From contig NC_043013.1 in NCBI RefSeq assembly GCF_006345805.1, positions 57,412,001 through 57,476,000 of the forward strand: a stretch of 64,000 nucleotides of DNA. Direction: 5' to 3'. Each line of letters begins with the position of its first letter. Position 1 is the first letter of the stretch. Below the pieces are notes generated by a model. The model saw nothing but the letters and a program-made list of their open reading frames with translations. It searched no databases and was not told the DNA's origin. The translations under genes and the position numbers were made by a program. Positions 1-11,412 of this stretch are shown here, piece by piece. The stretch comes from Octopus sinensis. Its lineage: Eukaryota.

Positions 1-235
1 TGCCAAGTAAATGCTAGGTAAATGTTTGAATTGGTTCACTTTGAAAATGTCGGAAGTGAAGGACCCTTGATGAAATTGCAGCGACTTGGATGCATAATTG
101 CATACGAAGCAATGTGTAGTTGCTGCAACTGAAACATATGACGGTCATTGTTATATATTCTGTAGCATATTATCTTTAATAAAAAATTTTGGATGTGAGT
201 AAATCTCCACTCTCATCTTCATTTTCAATTATATA

Positions 236-283
<48 letters not shown>

Positions 284-289
284 TTATAT

Positions 290-559
290 ATATTGTTGTA
301 TTTCAGAATGGTCATTTTGCCAGTTTAGCCAATAAAAAAACACGCACTATATATTTGGTGTTATTTTGCTTCAGTGTTATTTATTTTTTATATTAATCTT
401 AATCTTATTTCGACCAGAGTTCTTTCGTCTCACTCCTGTGACCGTATCAGTGGTCCTTTGTTTTCTTCTTTCTTATTTGTGTTTCTCCTTACTAACCGTC
501 AGCCATTTTGTTTTTATTGGCTAAACTGGCAAAATGACCATTCCGAAATATAACAATAT
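290..559. mobile_element. MITE-like element with ~49-bp terminal inverted repeats, next to a (TA)n tract
   Basis: 290-339 ATATTGTTGTATTTCAGAATGGTCATTTTGCCAGTTTAGCCAATAAAAA is the reverse complement (2 mismatches) of 511-559; ~170-bp non-coding spacer. Confidence 0.65.
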
Positions 560-615
560 CTGTTTCAACACACGACTTCACATAAAAAATCTTGCACAAC
601 AAATATATAAACGTA

Positions 616-687
616 TATATATATATATATATATATATACACGTGTGTGTGTGTGTATGTATATATATATATATATATATACATAGG

Positions 688-718
<31 letters not shown>

Positions 719-719
719 A

Positions 720-767
<48 letters not shown>

Positions 768-783
768 TATATATATATATATA
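616..783. repeat. Compound microsatellite (TA)n/(TG)n/(GA)n
   Basis: Dinucleotide runs read directly; source of ORFs 492..809 and 565..765. Confidence 0.95.
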
Positions 784-799
784 AAGTTAATCCAAACAA

Positions 800-960
800 G
801 AAAGCACAAAGAAACACAACAACGCGAGGACGTGGAACAAATATAGTATTATTGGACGCTCAGTAAAGAAGGAAAGAAGGAGGGTTCAACGTTTCGAGCG
901 GAGCTCTTCGTCGGAAAGATCCAGAGAAGGGAAGACAGAGAAAAAAAAATCGCCAATGTA
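800..960 (-). mobile_element. Probable Penelope-like terminal-repeat fragment with minimal hammerhead-like motif
   Basis: Minus strand 914-889 reads CCGACGAA-GAGC-TCC-GCTC-GAAACGT, matching the CUGANGA...GAAACGU minimal hammerhead layout known from Penelope termini; lies between TA/CA tracts. Confidence 0.45.
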
Positions 961-1236
961 CACACGAGGTCACACACACATACATGTATGCATTTATAAA
1001 GTATATATATGCAAATGTATGAAAATTTATGTGTTTATGCATGCACACACACGAAGTCTACACATCTATTGGTGTGTATGTGTGTGTGTATTTAGTAGCT
1101 AAATTATCTTCCAGTTATATCACGACCATACAGTTCACTTTCCTGAAACGCCGGGAAATGAATCACGGTCATTACTTCATGGAAAACATCAATAAATTGC
1201 TAATGACGATGAAAACGCTTTCATTCTTTCTTTCCC

Positions 1237-1280
1237 GTTAAACTAACATCAGTTAAACTAACATCAGTTAAACTAACATC
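1237..1280. repeat. Short tandem repeat, 15-bp unit GTTAAACTAACATCA x ~3
   Basis: Three consecutive copies read directly. Confidence 0.9.
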
Positions 1281-2018
1281 CGTGTTTTTACTACGTGCAA
1301 AACATCGCTGTCTGTATGACTTTGTGCGCATGTTTGCGTTCGGCTTTATATGTGATGCTTTTACATCGAAGAATAAATATATTTGATAAGCTTAATGCAA
1401 ATGACAATGCACTTCATTTCCTTCGTATTTGTTCTTCCTCAAGTGAACACAGATAAAAGATCTTTTGAAAAGTTTTTTTCTAACAAAATAAATTTCTATC
1501 TCTGAGAACTTAATACTTTTAGATAGTGTGGAACAATTTTGCTTATTGAAACAATAATATATTCCAACTTGGCGATTCTACCTCTCGTTTCTCAATACAC
1601 AAAGTAGAATGTGCATGAGGTTATTGCATCCGTGGTTTTCAGGCTCACTCGACTGGGTATCGGAAACTTACCTCGCCGTCTAATGCATGACCTCAAACTT
1701 TAGGTCAAATAAAGCTTACACAGCATCTCAAACACCTTCTGTACCCTACTAACATGGTCAAGAGAGAAGCCAGGTTTAGATATCCAGTACCAATATGAAC
1801 CACAGGCCCGGGAATGTATGTAGGAGCTCCATGATCTCAAGCGCAAACAAAAGACCCCAAAAATGTTCAGTGTCATTTCTTGCATATCTGGTTTTATAAC
1901 AGAGCGACCTTCTACAAATATACTTTAACAAAAACTGGGGCTACCTCACTCCCAGTGGTCTTCCAACACGCTGGACGCCAACCCCATGTGCTTGTACATG
2001 TATGGGTGTGTGTGTGTG

Positions 2019-2052
<34 letters not shown>

Positions 2053-2519
2053 TGAGTGACTGTATTTTCTCATAACATATAGGGAAATGGATGTCTTTTA
2101 ATAAAAGTGTTTTTGGTTGTGGTTTATTTCAATACGAAATTTGTGTGTACGTTTTCATAAAAGGTTTTGTGGGTAGAATTCTACGCATGAGTGAAACATT
2201 AGAAGCAAATTAAAATATTGCCCGAAAATGACCTCAAAATTGTGCGACCCGACCTCGTTTCCGAAGTTATTTTGGTAGAAAAAATTAGTTGCCGTGCCAA
2301 AAACATAGTTTATTTGGTAACCCTTATATCGGGTTATCCCATATACAGGGCAGGTTTTTTTTATACTTCTTTTATTTTTCAAAATTAAGATAGACAAGGC
2401 TTTTTTAGAATTTAAAATATATTCTCCTCCAAACCTTCTAAAATTCACTTATCCGTGACGAAAAATACTCCTCTACCACTGTTTTGATTTCGTGTACAGA
2501 ATTCATATTTTCCCGTCAA

Positions 2520-3000
2520 AAAAATGTTGAAGAATAAATGATAATCAGATGGGGCAATGTTCAGCAAATATGGTGTGCGGGGCATCGTTTCTCATTCAAT
2601 CTGCTCCTGCCTTTGGAATGTCATCCTCGCTGTATGAAGCCACGCATTATCCTGATGGAAGAACACTGTTCGTCTTGAAACCAAAGATGGTCATTTTTCT
2701 TCTTGCGCTGACATGAATAACTGATTGAATAACCAAAGTTACGATGGGTTTTTGTTCCACCAGGGTTTGCAGGACGTTCTCAACAAGCTCTACAGATCTT
2801 CCAGGACGAGGCTCGTCTTCTAGGCTGTAGTTTCCGGCTCGGAGTTTCTGAAATCACAGTTGAGACTGGCTTACGCTTATTGTCCGAACCCTATATGCTG
2901 CATTAATATTCCTTGAACATAAAATAATTTCAAAACCTATCTGCCTTATAGCTGATTCTGTTCTTGGACATTAAGCCCCATCGATGAACGGAACTTGGTA
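2520..3000 (-). mobile_element. Mariner transposase remnant, internally deleted and decayed
   Basis: Minus-strand translation gives FQKLRAGNYSLEDEPRPGRSVELVENVLQTLVEQKP (HTH/linker) and VFFHQDNAWLHTA...PYLLNIAPSDYHLF (HDNARPH and YSPDLAPSDYHLF catalytic motifs). Confidence 0.85.
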
Positions 3001-3579
3001 TGAATCCGATGTAGGTTGTAAATTCCAGGCACATTTGAAATTTCAGGAGGAACTTGGTTATGCATATTGAGAAAGAATATTTTTGCCGTAATCCTCAATA
3101 TTCTAGTGAGTGCTGACGAAAATTAGCACTCATTAAAAGCAACCACAGGAACAAAACAAAAATGAACGTAATCTGCTGGTACAAAGATACAGTAAAATGG
3201 GGGAATAAGAAATAGTTCAGTATAAAGAACGCTTGACGTTCAGTTGTGGCTTTTAAAAGAAGATTTTTGCATTATAAAAAAATACGGGATTATCAGTGCA
3301 GTTGTTACGCTGAGAAGAAAACTCACCGGAAAGAATATGTGATGACATGGGAGAAACGTGACAGAGTTGATGGACGTTGGTTTAATCAGCAACAAGACAG
3401 CTCTGCCGAAAATGAAAAGTGACGCTGCTTCAGATAGCGCCTACACTTGTGCACATAAAGCAATTTCAGTGAAAATGGCTGACTATTTTTAGAATTGTGA
3501 TGTACAAAATAGAATGCCATGTTTGCTTTCTGTCTTTGTCAATATTTCAAGACTTACAACAATTCAGTACATACGTATG

Positions 3580-3759
3580 TGTATACGCACACACACACGT
3601 GTGTGTGTGTAGGCATGTATATATATATATATATATATGCATGTCGCATACATACACACATAGAAGGATGTGTGTAAAATATATGAGTATATGTAGAGAT
3701 AAGCATCTATGTTCATATCTATCTATCTATCTATCTATCTATCAATCTCTCTCTCTCTT

Positions 3760-3794
<35 letters not shown>

Positions 3795-4007
3795 ATATAT
3801 ATATATATACACACATATCTGTGTATATTTATCTACCTATCAATTTATGTATCTACGAGTATAAATATAACCATGTTTGAGTGTGTATGATATGTGTGCA
3901 TACATACACACACTATATATATATATATATATACACACATTTTCTGAGAACCTCATTTCTTCTAATATACACACATATATACGCATACATATATTATATA
4001 TATATGT

Positions 4008-4038
<31 letters not shown>

Positions 4039-4195
4039 CATACACAGATATATATTAATATACATATATACACATACACACATACACACATATATATATA
4101 TATATATATACACATATATGTATATACACACACACACGTATATATATAAGTACAAAGTGAATGAAAGTGTAAGAGAGAGAGAGAGAGAGAAAGGG
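3580..4195. repeat. Large compound microsatellite (CA/TA/TATC/CT/GA)
   Basis: Simple repeats read directly. Confidence 0.9.
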
Positions 4196-4554
4196 AAGGA
4201 GAGGTGGACGGGGATTCCATAAAATCAACAATCGATGCATCTATATATAGAAAAGCTACGTACACACTTGTGTTGATAATTTCATCAAAAAGCTGTGTTC
4301 TTTGAACGTTGGCTGTGGATTTCGTCAAAATACATTTTCTATTTTAGAAATCTGTTATATTTCCTTTCAGTTTTCTCATTAATTCTTTCTTATACAAGTT
4401 GTCAAATGCTTTTAAAAGTCAGAAAAATGTCATTGAAAAATTGATTTCAGAAAGTTTCTTCATCTTCTTGTTGTTGTTTCTTCAGTTTCTCACTTGTCTC
4501 CCACCAAAACTAAATTGATGTCACTGCAAATTTCAATTTAAGTCTTTTGATGAA

Positions 4555-4603
4555 TATTATTATTATTATTATTTTATTATTATTATTATTATTATTATTG
4601 TTA

Positions 4604-4679
<76 letters not shown>

Positions 4680-4715
4680 TAGTAGTAGTAGTAGTTGTAG
4701 TTGTAGTTGTAGTTA

Positions 4716-4753
<38 letters not shown>

Positions 4754-4768
4754 TAGTAGTAGTAGTAG
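4555..4768. repeat. Compound trinucleotide microsatellite (ATT)n then (AGT)n
   Basis: Read directly; yields the poly-L/V and poly-Y ORFs. Confidence 0.95.
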
Positions 4769-5979
4769 CCTTTTCTTCGTGTGCCGGAAAGGCTTAAAGA
4801 GATACAGAAATGGAAGGATAGTGTGGAGTGAGAAAATACGGTTAGAATCTACAGGGAGAGAAAGCGACGTTATACTATGTAGGGAGGGACGAATTAAGAA
4901 TTTGAAATGTGCACACTTGCATGCACACACACACATGCGTAAGCAAGGTGTCCGTAAAGAAATCTCGTAGAAATGCTATCAGCTAGATGCACCCGACCCT
5001 GTTTTACAAGACATGTGTGCGCCACTTGGGAGAGCAGACTAACACACTTTATCGCCAGGTAATGGTACCAATTATATTGGTGGTGCCATCGAAGAAGAAG
5101 AAATACAGTGGTAAAATATGGCAAAATTTATATTTACTTTAACCAGCTATATTATTAGAAGCAATTAAGTTGCTGTTTAAGGGCTGAAGTCTGCGTTAGA
5201 AAAACAAAGAATGGCTGTTCACAGAGACAATGACTGTGCTCTCGCTGGATTAGCTTTACATAAGAAAGTTGTTTGATTAGTCATTTTCCTTGCTGATTAG
5301 GAACCGAACCACCAAAGGGTTAATTAAAGGAAATGGTTCTTTACAAAGTAACCCATTGATACTGAAACACAGACACTGAATCAACCAAATGACAATTATT
5401 CAATGAAAGAGCAAAACACTTTTTCGGGCCCCCAACACTCAGCGTATTTCTTCCATACAACCATGGAAAGTAACATGAAACTGGGGTCTTGGTGAGAGAC
5501 GCAAACTCAGTAAAACTTCGCGTTCCGGGCTTAAATATTGAGAACAAAACCATATGTTAAACCATTGATAAAAATCGCTTACATGTTAATAGATACTTAG
5601 ATTTCTGTAGTAACAAAGATCTTTGAACCCATGTGTCCGGATCTCATAAAGATAAAAACATAATAGAAAAGAGAGAAACCTGAATATTGGTCCGAATGTC
5701 AAGTGTGAAGGAGGGCAAGAATAGATCTGATATATTCAGAACGGGAATACTCAAGAGATTTAGTTTATTCTAGTAGCAATACTATAGTAACAGAAATACA
5801 TAATACAACTAAATATTTAATTAAATATCCAATTAGAGATCCAATTAAAGCTGTAGCACATGACATAAATAGTTTTAGAAATGATTAATAAACATTATTG
5901 CAGGTTTTCATAAATTAGAACTACTGTGTGAGCCAAACATTAAGTTGCTACCTATGATTATAAGTGTAATAAAAGATTA

Positions 5980-6366
5980 GTGGAGGCGCAATGGCCCAGT
6001 GGTTAGGGCAGCGGACTCGTGGTCATAGGATCGCGGTTTCGATTCCCAGACCGGGCGTTGTGAGTGTTTATTGAGCGAAAACACCTAAAAGCTCCACAAG
6101 GTTCCGGCAGGGGATGGTGGTGATCCCTGCTGTACTCTTTCACTACAACTTTCTCTCACTCTTACTTCCTGTTTCTGTTTGTACCTGTATTTCAAGGGGC
6201 CGGCCTTGTCACTATCTGTGTCACGCTGAATATCCCCGAGAACTACTTTAAGGGTGCATGTGTCTGTGGAGTGCTCAGCCACTTACACGTTAATTTTACG
6301 AGCAGGCTGTTCTGTTGATTCGGATCAACTGGCACCCTCATCGTCGTAACCGACGGAGTGCTTCCT
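5980..6366 (+). mobile_element. tRNA-derived SINE (~387 bp) with 13-bp target-site duplication
   Basis: A-box TGGCCCAGTGG and B-box GGTTTCGATTCCC in the head; TSD TAATAAAAGATTA at 5967-5979 and 6367-6379. Confidence 0.9.
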
Positions 6367-6481
6367 TAATAAAAGATTACAGAACATTTTGAAGAGAGAC
6401 AGGAAATTCTTTAAGGGCTACATATGAAACCGGAAAAATATGATCTAAAACGTGTAGGCACAAAGAACAACAATACAAATC

Positions 6482-6790
6482 TACGAAGGTGAGTAAAAAA
6501 AGTAATGCTATTTTGTTTAGGACAGGTATAATTACCAACACAGGAACACGTATCATACATCAAAATGAAGCTGGTCCTCTGTGGATGACATCCCTACTTC
6601 TGAACATAGTCACCGTTTCTCTCAATAGCAATGTTCCACCTTTGAATGAGAGCATGTAAAAATTCTGTTGACTGTTCTTGGAGCCATTTCTTCATTACAG
6701 TTTTCACTTCCTCGTCAATGGAATAAGGTTTGCCTCTCAAACTCTCTTTCATGGGGTCGAAGAGATGATAGTCTGAATGTGCTAAATTAT
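6482..6790 (-). mobile_element. Mariner 3' remnant with TIR-like end
   Basis: ORF 6594..6863 contains LAHSDYHLFDPMKESLRGKPY...RWNIAIERNGDYVQK (mariner C-terminus); TACGAAGGTGAG end at 6482. Confidence 0.85.
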
Positions 6791-6858
6791 TGTAATGATT
6801 ATATAATATTTTGTTAATAAAATAACATACGTCAATTTGAACTCTCCATTTTCCTTTT

Positions 6859-6863
<5 letters not shown>

Positions 6864-6928
<65 letters not shown>

Positions 6929-7202
6929 GTTTGAATGTATATCCATACATATGCTTATACACATTCATATGTAGATATATCCACATATACTTATATACAT
7001 TCATATGCAGATACACGTACATATAAAATATAATAAAGTCATTCAATATACACATATGCATATACACATACACACACACACACACATATTATATATATAT
7101 ATACATACATATATATATATATCTTTATATTCCCCCACGTACACACACTTGCATACATACACATATTCATACGCATATATATAAATATATATGTTGCATC
7201 TA

Positions 7203-7246
<44 letters not shown>

Positions 7247-7315
7247 AACATACACACACATACAAACGCATATACATGTGGGTGTATGAGTAAGTGTATG
7301 CTGTGTGTGTGTGTA
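6864..7315. repeat. (TA)n/(CA)n-rich degenerate microsatellite
   Basis: Read directly. Confidence 0.9.
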
Positions 7316-9727
7316 TGTGCGAGAGAAGAAAGAAGCGAGGAATGAATACCGCATGAATTAGACGTCACGTTCAATTGTCAGGCTGGATTAACAGACAATG
7401 CTTACACGTTCAGAAATAAATATTAACAACATAAAACACTGCTTGTACGCTAACAATTAGATAAGTCCATGAGTATCATAACCAACACTATGCCAGTCTC
7501 ATAATCCAAATATTAACAGAATTAAATAAAATACAGCTGATACATAGAAGTTGAAGAGGAGGATATAATTAAAGGATAATCGCATTAAATATTGCAGAAA
7601 ACGAAAAGAGAAAAGGAAAGAAATATTCTTTTAATATTCATTAAAGAATATCGTGAAAGCTATCTTTTTTGTGATCAATGTCCTGAAAGACGAGTTACAG
7701 AATTGAATTTAATTGAAACCAAAGCAATGATGTTGTAAAAAATTAGATACAAAAGACGGAGAATGTTTATCAATGGACTGAATTACAATGTGTGGTCACT
7801 GAAATCTGAATAAATAAATAAATCTCAGAAAAAAATACCAAAAAGTTTCTAGAAATTAGACACAGTTCACTTTGTTTCGAAAGACAAAATTGTTTTTGTT
7901 GAATTAAAACAAATCTAATATTTGTATAAAATAACAAATCTCAGTATGATAAATGTATTTCTGTTTTGACAATTTCGTAGAATAATACGTACACACACAC
8001 ACGCACCCTACACATCACACACACACACACACACAGGCATACACAAACACACGCCCCCCACATACAACACACACACACTCACACAACCAAATCTCCCTGT
8101 TTATGTTCTTTTACCTACCACTTATTTTATTCTGTATTAACTGTACTTCTTGAATGTATGTGTGTGAGTGTGTGTGGTGGTGCGCGCCTGCGAGTGTGGA
8201 TGCGGTCATCGTCACATCGATTAAATTTACACTAAGTGCTGATTGGTTTCTCATTGTCAAAGAATCTTCTTTAATATCATGTCCAATGAAAGATAACGTT
8301 GTCCACCCAGCTCTTTTTCTTCCAATTATAAACCTTACCCCGAAAGCACACTCACCCTTCTGCTTCTTTCTAATTCACTTACAGGAATAAATATGTTTCT
8401 CTTTGACAAACACATTGATAATTTCCTCTATACAATTTTATATTTGTGTTATTTCCTCAAATCATTATTCACTATTCTTGCCATGCCCGCTCAATCATGG
8501 CTCCAGTGGAGCCTAAGCACTCAGTCAACAGAGGTATTTTTCAGACATTTAATTCAGCTGACGAAAGTATTTTCGAAATATTTAATCAGGTTCTATGAAA
8601 TATTTTAGAAAAGAAAAGCAGGCAAAAGAAACAAAATCTCCCAAAAAGAAAAAAAAAAAGTTCTTGGTCTTCACATCTGTCATAAACTGTTCTATATTCT
8701 TGATAAATATTGTCTGAGCAGTGTATGCCGACATGAAGATTTAAACATAAAGGCAAAGAATGTTGTAAGGAAAGCAGAAAAGAAAAAGGGAAGAAGCATG
8801 TTGTTGTGTTGGTATGGAAGAAATGATACCGAATGTTTTATGAAAAAGAGTTTTTCCTTCAGAGGTGAATGAGAAGACAACTTACATGGAAAATCACCCC
8901 CCTCAACACCCACTGGAAGCATTAATTTTACTTCTTCAAGACACAATGGAAAGCAGTTGCATATTCCATCCCAGAATTTTATAAAAGGAAGGACATTTTG
9001 GTCAATGCGATCCCTGTTGAAGAAAAGGATGGAATGACTTTTATTGTAAGTTTACTAAACAAGGGATGATCTGTGACAACAACAACAACAACAGCTATAA
9101 CTACTACAGCAACAACAACAACAAAACAATAAGCGACAAGCACAACTACAAGGCATTTTGTATTCTGGAAATAATTTACATTTACAAGTTATAATTTACA
9201 AAAAACAATTCCCGTTGACTGCGAACGCAGTGGTGCTTGAAACACTAATATTTAAATTTGCTGAAGGAATCCTAAATCCACAGACATCGGTGAAATAAGA
9301 AGTGAAAACATGACTAGATAATATTATGAGAGAGGAAAATATAACACATGATGATGGTGATGGTGATGACAATGGAGACGACGATTACGACGATGGTGAC
9401 GACCTCTACAATATTAATTACTATCACAGTAACCACATCAAGAACAGTAACTCTGTCCAATAACAATTGAAAAGCAAGTGTTACGCTGACCCAACAGAAA
9501 TTGCAACATAAAATCACTGATACGAAACCGTTGGTATCTTTGCTATTAATAATAAAATAATTAGAAGGGATTTGTGAACCCAGAAATTTACTTAAGATCC
9601 ACTCATAATCAGTAGAAAAACCATTACTGGTTGATTCTTATAAAAAGGAATTGGCGAGGTAACTCAAATATTACCACTGATAAAGAACAATTATCAGTAT
9701 CATACAATGAGAAGTATGTCTCATGAT

Positions 9728-9960
9728 GAAGGCGGCGAGCTGGCCGAAACGTTAGCACGCCGATCGAAATGCTTAGCGGTATTTCGTCTGCCTTTACGTT
9801 CTGAGTTCAAATTCCGCCGTGGTCGACTTTGCCTTTCATCCTTTCGGGTTCGATAAATTAAGTACCAGTTACGCACTGGGGTCGATGTAATCGACTTAAC
9901 CCCTTTGTCTTTCCTTGTTTGTCCCCTCTGTGTTTAGCCCCTTGTGGGTAATAAAGAAAT
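9728..9960 (+). mobile_element. tRNA-derived SINE (octopus OK/OR-like family, tail type A) with 16-bp TSD
   Basis: Head GGCGGCGAGCTGGC...GAGTTCAAATTCC (B-box-like); core GTCGATGTAATCGAC; TSD AAGTATGTCTCATGAT at 9712-9727 and 9961-9976. Confidence 0.9.
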
Positions 9961-11374
9961 AAGTATGTCTCATGATTAGCAGAACATGTTTCAGTCTTAG
10001 CAAAAACTCATTATTGAAGAGGTTTTTTTTTTTTATGAAGGAATATTTGGAGATATCATATAATTAGTCTATACAAGCATTTCATAATTAATGATTGACT
10101 CAGAAATGTTGGTTTCGAAATTAGAAACTTATAATTCAGATCCAATTTTAGTTTACTTTTCATTTCAATTTTTAACTTTCTTGTGTTAAAAGACTAAGTA
10201 GAGAAAAAAAGTGTAAAGGGGTGGATCAAATAATATCTTGGGAATGCAATGAGTGTTTTGTTTGATGTAGAAGTTGGGTGGCTGACATTGTCAAGTTTAA
10301 TTCCTGATACGACCGATTTTGTCTTGGTCAATAAACTCACAACAAAGCGCCAACAATGACATTTGATGTATGCATTTTTATCTGTTTCATATTTTAATGT
10401 TTGTGGCTACAAAATCTGCTCCTAAAACACTAAAGCGTCACTATAATGTCGAAGTGGGACATGTATTTCAAAGAAAAATTGCAAACTGGGAAATCATCTG
10501 GAAAAGGCAATAAAAATGAAAATTATGCGAAGTGTGGAAAATAAATGATAACTAGATAGACAGGCTTGTAAATGTTTCTTTTTAATGTTAACTTTTAAAT
10601 ATTTTGAGCCAGTCTGAGACAAAACTGAAATGAAGTGTGTATTCACAGTTGATTACATAAAACCTAAAACTTACTGCAGAGTTCACTGAGTAAAAGAAAG
10701 CATCCTCCACTAGCTGCATGAAAGAATCAGAGAAAACAAACGATATGCAGCAATAACGTTCACTGGTAAAATGTCTCAAAGCTATTTGAAATAGCAGTAA
10801 TATCATGATATAAACAAACACACACACACACAAACATACAAAAAAAAACAGTCTTAATGTAACATTGTAATATATTTAATAGAAGTAGATAATATGACAA
10901 AGGAGAGCAAAGCCATGTTTTATTGTTACTTGTTCTTTGTGATATAAGCTTTCTTTGGGGAATAATATTTGAAGAATTAAGTTCAATACCCAATGGCTAA
11001 TAGCAACAGAACAGGAAGGATGTTTGGCGAGAACAGGAAACATCTATTATTTTTAAAGAGAATAGATATTTTACAAACCAGAAGTAATGGCAATAAAAAA
11101 GAAAGAATAAAATAATTTATAATCAAGAATTCATAGATAGAATAGATTATAAGAAGCCATAAAAATGTTTTATTTAATATTTGAAAATGTTCGATAACAT
11201 GTGAAATGAAAAGAAATGTGAGAAAATTACAAACAGATATTAGCAGGCAATTCTTAATAGGCAGCAAACAATGGTTAAAAAATCTAGCATTTTAATACAA
11301 ACATAGATTTCAACTATACTTGCTTACCAACAAATAATTGTGGTAAGGATTCTTTTTTTTTCTCTGTGTATGTT

Positions 11375-11412
<38 letters not shown>

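Noticed and set aside
1130-2500. Fragments that may be old DNA-transposon or LINE debris (1130-1230, 1690-1980, 2150-2500)
   Set aside because: No diagnostic motif or paired TIR could be confirmed by eye.
5059-5110. Possible 52-nt exon GNGTNYIGGAIEEEEIQW
   Set aside because: Weak donor (GTAAAA) and too short to distinguish from chance.
5981-6052. tRNA gene
   Set aside because: A/B boxes are present but the sequence continues into a SINE body bounded by a TSD, and no clean cloverleaf or acceptor stem is evident.
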